The notes below the pieces were generated by a model that worked only from the letters and a program-made list of their open reading frames with translations, was not told the DNA's origin and made no database searches. The position numbers and the translations under genes were made by a program. Shown one piece after another: positions 59,101 to 64,000 of a stretch of DNA of 64,000 nucleotides (position 1 is the stretch's first letter; the number at the start of each line of letters is the position of its first letter). Origin of the DNA: an uncultured Spirochaetota bacterium (GTDB taxonomy: Bacteria; Spirochaetota; Spirochaetia; SZUA-6; Fen-1364); contig CAWJSK010000012.1 of the NCBI GenBank assembly GCA_963845535.1, positions 416,001 through 480,000 on the forward strand. Reading direction: 5' to 3'.

Positions 59101-60485
59101 AGGAAATCCTGTCCGCGCGCGGAAGGACCTACACGCTTTTGAAGATCGACGAGCAGTCGAATCTTGGCGCTGCGCGCATTCGGCTGCGCTCCCTCAAGGC
59201 GGCGCTCGACGCGCGGGCGGCAGGTGGACGGGAGGGCGCCGGGACCGGACGCGAAGAACGGCCTAGGGCGGTCTTCACCGCGGATATGCGGAAGACGCAC
59301 ACCATCCTGGCCCCGCAGATGTCGCCAATCCATTTCCGCGTCCTGGAGAGCGCGTTTCGGTTCTCCGGCTACAACCTCGAGATACTGCCCGAGGTGGACC
59401 GCCAGGCCATTGACGTGGGGCTCACGTACGTGAACAACGATGCCTGCTACCCCTCCGTGCTCGTCGTGGGCCAGATGATGGCGGCGCTTCGCTCGGGCCG
59501 ATATGACCTGTCGCGGACCGCGCTGCTCATCTCCCAGACCGGGGGCGGATGCCGGGCCACCAACTACATCGCCTTTATTCGCAAGGCCCTGGCTGATGCC
59601 GGCCTGGATCACGTCCCCGTGATTTCCGTGAACGCGCTTGGACTGGAGAAGAATCCCGGCTTTCGGCTTTCGGTGCCGCTTCTCGCGCGGGCGCTCATGG
59701 CGCTGGTGTACGGGGACCTTCTCATGCGGATGCTCTATCGCGTCAGGCCGTACGAGATCGAACCGGGGGCCGCAGACACTTTGTGCGCGCGCTGGAGCGC
59801 CGCGTGCCGCGCGAGCCTGAAGCGGCCCCGCGTTCGCGCGTTCCACAGGACCATCGCAGAGATGGTGAAGGCGTTCGACTCCCTTCCCATACGGGAAGAG
59901 AAAAAGCCCCGGGTCGGAGTTGTCGGAGAGATCCTGGTCAAGTTTCATCCCACGGCGAACAATGAGATCATTCGAGTGATCGAGTCCGAGGGGGCGGAAG
60001 CGGTGGTCCCTGACCTCATCGACTTCCTCCTCTACTCCTCTTCGGGGAGCCTCTTCCGACGGAAGAAGCTCGCCGGAAAGCGGCGTGCCGCCGTTCTGTC
60101 CCGTCTGGCAATCGGTCTGATCGAGCTCTTCCGGGCGCGCATGAAAAGGGAGCTTCGGAGATCAGAACGATTCAGCCCGCCCCAGGCCTTCAAGAAGCTG
60201 GCGCGCGGTGTTGACGGGATTGTGCAACTCGGGAACGTTACGGGAGAAGGCTGGTTCCTTACCGCGGAGATGGTGGAGCTGATCGAAAGCGGCGTGAAAG
60301 CCATTGCCTGCATCCAGCCGTTCGCCTGCCTCCCCAACCACGTGACCGGCAAGGGAATGATCCGCGAGCTTCGCCGGCGTCACCCGGAAGTGACCATCGC
60401 CGCCATCGACTACGATCCGGGAGCCAGTGAAGTGAACCAGCTCAATCGGCTGAAGTTGATGCTCGCTTCCGCAATAAACCCATGA
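56166..60485 (+). CDS. 2-hydroxyacyl-CoA dehydratase activator fusion (two BcrAD/BadFG ATPase domains + DUF2229 + dehydratase-like domain)
   Basis: GIDIGSTT, ELGGEDAK, CAGGTG, ARCGVFA; GLDAGSTT, DIGGQDMK, CSSGCGS; GRPYHMD, QTGGGCRA, QPFACLPNH. Confidence 0.92.
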   Translation: MSTTPESLHAGIDIGSTTVKLAVLDRADTLIFSTYERHHSDVQGSLIAIIEAAHEALCDAGAAPDLTVSITGSGGLSLSRWLEIPFVQEVIAGSRAVSRFLPDADVAIELGGEDAKITYFTGGLEQRMNGTCAGGTGAFIDQMATLLQTDAAGLNALASNHTTIYPIAARCGVFAKSDVQPLINEGARREDIAASVLQAVVNQTISGLACGKPIRGTVAFLGGPLHFLPETRKLFVKTLGLAPEEVRTPARAELFVAMGAALASRGERALSLTELRERVRGLCRARDAEVERMRPLFRDASELAAFHDRHDKARARRADIAHTRGPLFLGLDAGSTTTKAVLIDESAAIAWSAYRGNGGDPLGVATSMIKEALSLIPAKAWVSRACSTGYGEALVKEAFRLDEGEVETVAHHAAASEFLPGVQSILDIGGQDMKFLRISEGAISTILLNEACSSGCGSFLETFAQSLEMPVERFGAEALQSSAPVDLGSRCTVFMNSRVKQAQKEGAGVGDISAGLSYSVIRNALQKVIRLKSPEELGERVIVQGGTFLNDAVLRAFELVAGREAVRPDVAGLMGAYGAALLARGNAAPGARSRMLGLEELRKLATTVSLERCRGCQNRCMLTITRFSDSRCFVSGNRCERGARAVGGARAPGAARTRDGANLPEGERPAPVPNLYAWKYARVFRYQPLDPNHAPRGVVGIPRVLNMFEDYPFWFTFFTRLGFSVRLSPRTSRSVYEAGMETIPSETVCYPGKLVHGHIVRLVRDGVPFIFYPCLPYSPKEDKEASNHFNCPIVTSYPEVILNNVEGLRDGTPGHVAAVRYSNPFLPLHHPAGLKKRLAEELAWAGVGQAETDQAVEAGLAEQAAFKAEVRAQGERALEEIEARGIRGVVLAGRPYHMDPEINHGVPELIVSLGMAVLTEDSISHRGKIQRPLRVIDQWVYHTRLYAAASFAATRKDLALVQLTSFGCGLDAVATDQVQEILSARGRTYTLLKIDEQSNLGAARIRLRSLKAALDARAAGGREGAGTGREERPRAVFTADMRKTHTILAPQMSPIHFRVLESAFRFSGYNLEILPEVDRQAIDVGLTYVNNDACYPSVLVVGQMMAALRSGRYDLSRTALLISQTGGGCRATNYIAFIRKALADAGLDHVPVISVNALGLEKNPGFRLSVPLLARALMALVYGDLLMRMLYRVRPYEIEPGAADTLCARWSAACRASLKRPRVRAFHRTIAEMVKAFDSLPIREEKKPRVGVVGEILVKFHPTANNEIIRVIESEGAEAVVPDLIDFLLYSSSGSLFRRKKLAGKRRAAVLSRLAIGLIELFRARMKRELRRSERFSPPQAFKKLARGVDGIVQLGNVTGEGWFLTAEMVELIESGVKAIACIQPFACLPNHVTGKGMIRELRRRHPEVTIAAIDYDPGASEVNQLNRLKLMLASAINP

Positions 60486-60549
60486 ACGTTGTCGAAGACG
60501 CCCGGGAAAAGTACCTTCTAAAAGTGGATTTTCGACCGAGGAGATACGA

Positions 60550-62154
60550 TTGCGTGATCAGACCAATTTCCGCGGGGGAATCCCCGCGGTTTCGATATCG
60601 GGCGGGGCGGAGGCAGGACAGTCAGGGTACCACTGGCTAGCGCCGGTTCTCGTTGCCCTCGTCGGGGCATTCATGTCCATCCTGGATACGAGCATCGTCA
60701 ACGTGGCGACTCCGACCATGATGAACGTCTTCAACGCCGACCCCAGCTCCATCCAGTGGGTGTCGACGATCTACATGCTGGCCCTGGGCGTTGTGATTCC
60801 GCTCTCGGGCTGGCTTGGCGACCTCCTGGGGTTCAAGCGCCTGTACATCCTTTCGATGGCGGCTTTCGTGGCGGGATCTCTCCTGTGCGCCCTGGCGTGG
60901 GACCTCAACTCGCTGGTGGCCGCGCGGGTCATCCAGGCCATCGGCGGAGGGATGATCATGCCGACCACGATGGCCATGATCTACCGGATGGTGCCCCGGG
61001 ATAAGATCGGCTCGGGGATGGGGATATTCGGCATTGCCCTCCTGGTTGCCCCGGCAATCGGACCGACACTCGGAGGGTACCTGGTGGAGTACGTGGACTG
61101 GCGATGGATTTTCACCATCAACCTTCCCATCGGCGTGATCGGGATGCTGCTGGCGTTCTTCATTCTGCCGGAGTTCCAAAGCAAGCACCCCGGCAAGCTC
61201 GACATCGGCGGTGCCGTAACGTCAGCCGCCGCGCTGTTCTGTCTGCTCCTGGCCCTCACCAAGGGGGCGGACTGGGGATGGGCGGATGAGAGAACACTCC
61301 TTCTGTTTTGCGTGAGCTTCTTCTCCTTCGTGCTCTTCATCTACCTGGAGCTGACCTCGGACAACCCGCTTCTTGACCTGCGCGTTTTCCGGTATCCAAG
61401 CTTCACCCTGGCCAACCTCACGATCATCGTCACCATGATCGGCTTGTTCTCCGGACTCTTTTTCCTGCCGCTTTTCCTCCAGAGCATCCGCGGAATTGGG
61501 GCGATGGAGACAGGGTTGCTGATGTTGCCAGGCGCCCTTGTCTCCGGCCTTATGATGCCGATCATCGGGAGGCTCTTCGACAAAATCGGAGCGCGGCCTC
61601 TCGTCATCCTGGGGCTTCTTCTCATGGCCTTCATCACGTTCCTTTTTAGAAACCTGAACCTTGCAACCGCCACCACAACGGTCATGCTCTGGACGATGTT
61701 CCGAGGACTGGTCATGCCGCTTGCCAACATGCCGGCCCAGACTGCGGCAATGGTGGACATTCCCACGGAGATGATCGGGCGGGCCTCCGCCATCACGAAC
61801 ATCATTGGGCGCGTGTCGAGCTCGTTCGGGATTGCCGTGCTGACCTCCATGCTGACCAAACGCCAGACCCTGCATGCCGCGCGGCTCGCCTGGGAAGTGA
61901 GCCCCGCCAATTCGACGGCCATGGGCTTCATTGCGCACGCAAGCGCCGCCATGGGAGGCGGAATACATGGCAAGAGCATGGCGCTTGCCTACCTCTGGGG
62001 CCTCGTCCAGAAAGCTTCCTTCGTGAGCGCCATAGACGACGTGTTCATCGTCACCGCGGTGTTCACCCTGATCGCACTGGTGCCCGCCGCCTTCCTCAAG
62101 AAGTCGAAGCCGGCCGTTGCCGGCCAGCGGCGAGAAGCGACAATGGGCGAGTAG
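60550..62154 (+). CDS. DHA2 family efflux MFS transporter (EmrB/QacA-like)
   Basis: LDTSIVNVATP, ARVIQAIGGG, APAIGPTLGG, WRWIFTINLPIG, PLLDLRVF. Confidence 0.92.
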   Translation: MRDQTNFRGGIPAVSISGGAEAGQSGYHWLAPVLVALVGAFMSILDTSIVNVATPTMMNVFNADPSSIQWVSTIYMLALGVVIPLSGWLGDLLGFKRLYILSMAAFVAGSLLCALAWDLNSLVAARVIQAIGGGMIMPTTMAMIYRMVPRDKIGSGMGIFGIALLVAPAIGPTLGGYLVEYVDWRWIFTINLPIGVIGMLLAFFILPEFQSKHPGKLDIGGAVTSAAALFCLLLALTKGADWGWADERTLLLFCVSFFSFVLFIYLELTSDNPLLDLRVFRYPSFTLANLTIIVTMIGLFSGLFFLPLFLQSIRGIGAMETGLLMLPGALVSGLMMPIIGRLFDKIGARPLVILGLLLMAFITFLFRNLNLATATTTVMLWTMFRGLVMPLANMPAQTAAMVDIPTEMIGRASAITNIIGRVSSSFGIAVLTSMLTKRQTLHAARLAWEVSPANSTAMGFIAHASAAMGGGIHGKSMALAYLWGLVQKASFVSAIDDVFIVTAVFTLIALVPAAFLKKSKPAVAGQRREATMGE

Positions 62155-62163
62155 CGGCCCAGC

Positions 62164-62961
62164 TTAGCCGTCCACCCTGAAAAGCCTTCGGACGATCTTC
62201 TCCACCGTCCCGTCCGGGAGGTGCTTGAGAAGGAAGCCCTGGAAGCGCGCGTTTCTTCCCACGGGGTAAAACGCGCGCGGCTTTTTTGTCGACAGAACGG
62301 AGAGGACCTTGCGAGCCACAATGGAGGGGTCAGGCGCGTCTTCGAGCGACCGGTCCCTCACCTCTTTGACGCGCAGGAGCGCCGGCGTGTAGGGGGAACG
62401 GTTCGTGAAACGAAGGTCGAGCGGAATGGTGGTGTGAATGTCGAACGGCGCAATGACGGAAACCCATACGTCGTCCGCCATGACTTCCTGGCGGAGCCCG
62501 CGGGCCAGCGCCGTGAGCGCGGCTTTTGTCGCGGCGTAGACCGAGAGAAACGGAACGGGTGAGACGCCGGCGTACGAGCTTATGAAAATGATCCTGCCGC
62601 CGCGCCGCGCGCGCATCCCCGGAAGGAGGCCCTGCGTGAGCCTGACTGACCCCAGGAGGTTCTGCTCGAAAAGCCAGCGCATGGCCTCCACGGGCACTTC
62701 CTCAACCGGGCCAATCTGGCTTCCGCCGGCGTTGTTGACAAGAACGTCGACCTGCCCTGCGCGCGCAAGAAGCGACTCGATGCTTTTTTCATCAGCCAGG
62801 TCGAGCGGGAGATAGCGCACGCCTGGCGGCGTTTCATCCTCCGCCAGCAAGTCCGGATTACGAGCGGTCCCCAGGACCTCGTAACCGCGGGCGGCAAGGG
62901 CCGCGGCAATGGCGCGCCCTATTCCACGGGACGCTCCCGTGACGAGAGCCCTGGCTGTCAC
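62164..62961 (-). CDS. Short-chain dehydrogenase/reductase
   Basis: VTGASRGIG, VLVNNAG, ISSYAG, YAATK. Starts 3 bp after the upstream alpha-oxoamine synthase. Confidence 0.9.
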   Translation of the reverse strand: MTARALVTGASRGIGRAIAAALAARGYEVLGTARNPDLLAEDETPPGVRYLPLDLADEKSIESLLARAGQVDVLVNNAGGSQIGPVEEVPVEAMRWLFEQNLLGSVRLTQGLLPGMRARRGGRIIFISSYAGVSPVPFLSVYAATKAALTALARGLRQEVMADDVWVSVIAPFDIHTTIPLDLRFTNRSPYTPALLRVKEVRDRSLEDAPDPSIVARKVLSVLSTKKPRAFYPVGRNARFQGFLLKHLPDGTVEKIVRRLFRVDG

Positions 62962-62964
62962 CTC

Positions 62965-63999
62965 TTACCTGTTCACAAGGGAAGGCTTCTGCGAGAGATC
63001 CAGCTTGAGCTTGTCCCGCATTGCGCGGAATGCGTCAATGGTTTTCTTCACGTCTTCTTCACTGTGGGAAGCCGTGGGGATCATGCGGAAAAGCACCACC
63101 CCGGGCGGAACAACGGGGAACATCACCCCGGAGACGAACACACCAAACTCTTCCCGAAGAAAGGAGATCATCCCCATGGCGAACTTCTCATCCCCCGTGG
63201 GCACGTACACCGGCGTGATAGGGGACTCCGTCTCACCGATGTCGAACCCCAGGTCCGTGAGCCCTTCCTGGAGGATCTTCGCGATATGCCACATCCGCCG
63301 GCGCGGCTCGGGGTCCTGGACCAGCTCCAGCGCCTTCTCGATGGTCTTTACGTAGGTGAGCGGGAGCGCCTTGGCAAAGACGTTGGTGCGCGCGTTGTAA
63401 CGGATGTACTCCACCACGTCTTCCTCAGCCGCGGTCACCCCTCCAATTGCCGCAAACGCCTTCGCGAACGTGCCGAAGTACAGATCGATCCTGTCCTGGA
63501 CGCCGAGGTGCTCGCCAGTGCCCTGACCGGTGGCTCCCATGACACCGAAGGCGTGCGCGTCATCCACGAAGAGGCGCGCGTTGTACTTCTCCTTCAGGTC
63601 GCAGATCTCCGGCAGCTTTGCCAGGTTGCCCTTCATGCCGAAGACCCCCTCCGTGACGACAAGGATCCCTCCTTTGCGATCCTTGTTCGCCCCTTTGAGG
63701 TGGTACTCCAGGTCTTCCATATTGTTGTGCTTGAAAGGCCGAAACCGCCTGCCGGCGGAGGCGAGCACCGTGGCGTCGATCATGGAGGCATGAGAGAGGG
63801 AGTCGATGACCACCACGTCCTCTTTCCCGATGAGGGCGGATATGGTGCCAATGACTCCGAGGTAGCCGTAGTTGAAAAGGATTGCCGCGGGCTTCCCGCA
63901 GAAGGCGGCCAGCTTACGTTCCAGCTCGATGTGATGCTTCGTGTTGCCGGTGAGAAGCCGCGAACCCATGGGGGCATACGGGCCGAACTCCCGGGTGGC
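62965..63999 (-). CDS. PLP-dependent alpha-oxoamine synthase, cysteate acyltransferase (SulA/CapB)-like; 5'-truncated by window edge
   Basis: APMGSR, NYGY, SHAS, TEGVFGMKG, VDDAH, GTFAK (PLP Lys), RYNARTNVFAKALP. Confidence 0.85.
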   Translation of the reverse strand, partial: ATREFGPYAPMGSRLLTGNTKHHIELERKLAAFCGKPAAILFNYGYLGVIGTISALIGKEDVVVIDSLSHASMIDATVLASAGRRFRPFKHNNMEDLEYHLKGANKDRKGGILVVTEGVFGMKGNLAKLPEICDLKEKYNARLFVDDAHAFGVMGATGQGTGEHLGVQDRIDLYFGTFAKAFAAIGGVTAAEEDVVEYIRYNARTNVFAKALPLTYVKTIEKALELVQDPEPRRRMWHIAKILQEGLTDLGFDIGETESPITPVYVPTGDEKFAMGMISFLREEFGVFVSGVMFPVVPPGVVLFRMIPTASHSEEDVKKTIDAFRAMRDKLKLDLSQKPSLVNR

Positions 64000-64000
64000 C

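Noticed and set aside
60490..60520. Fourth ECF promoter candidate upstream of the DHA2 pump
   Set aside because: TGTCGA is present, but the -10 region (ACCTTCTA) does not match CGTTCTTG at 17-bp spacing.

Overview
GC-rich bacterial window. The gene repertoire suggests an uncultured anaerobic Spirochaetia-like organism, but this is inference. It holds about 55 protein-coding genes; I found no rRNA, tRNA or CRISPR array. Main blocks: (1) a pentose operon with a FucI-family isomerase, araB and araD; (2) a secreted VIT-VWA/VWA pair; (3) adenosine deaminase and mocA; (4) a membrane-anchored AraC with a LolD/FtsX-type ABC, LolA-like protein and outer-membrane protein operon, carrying many single-base frameshifts; (5) a ~5.8 kb accessory island lying between two halves of a DUF86/HepT toxin gene, with an IS91 transposase remnant and an ECF42-type sigma whose three promoters (TGTCGW-N17-CGTTCTTG) can be read directly and define a small regulon; (6) an anaerobic purine-degradation cluster (ygfM-xdhD-ygeW, amidohydrolase, ygeY) whose operon ends in an archaeal GAPOR-like oxidoreductase; (7) a rhamnose-type ABC transporter with a second FucI-family isomerase, AraC, UroD-like and UlaG-like genes; (8) an Fe-S/ferredoxin/3-beta-HSD-like operon, a 15-bp G-rich tandem repeat and an acyl-CoA dehydratase activator fusion; (9) at the right edge, an alpha-oxoamine synthase with cysteate acyltransferase (SulA/CapB)-like motifs next to an SDR, which suggests sulfonolipid synthesis outside Bacteroidota. 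Several genes appear to be transcribed as leaderless mRNAs. All family calls come from motif recognition by eye; no database search was run.
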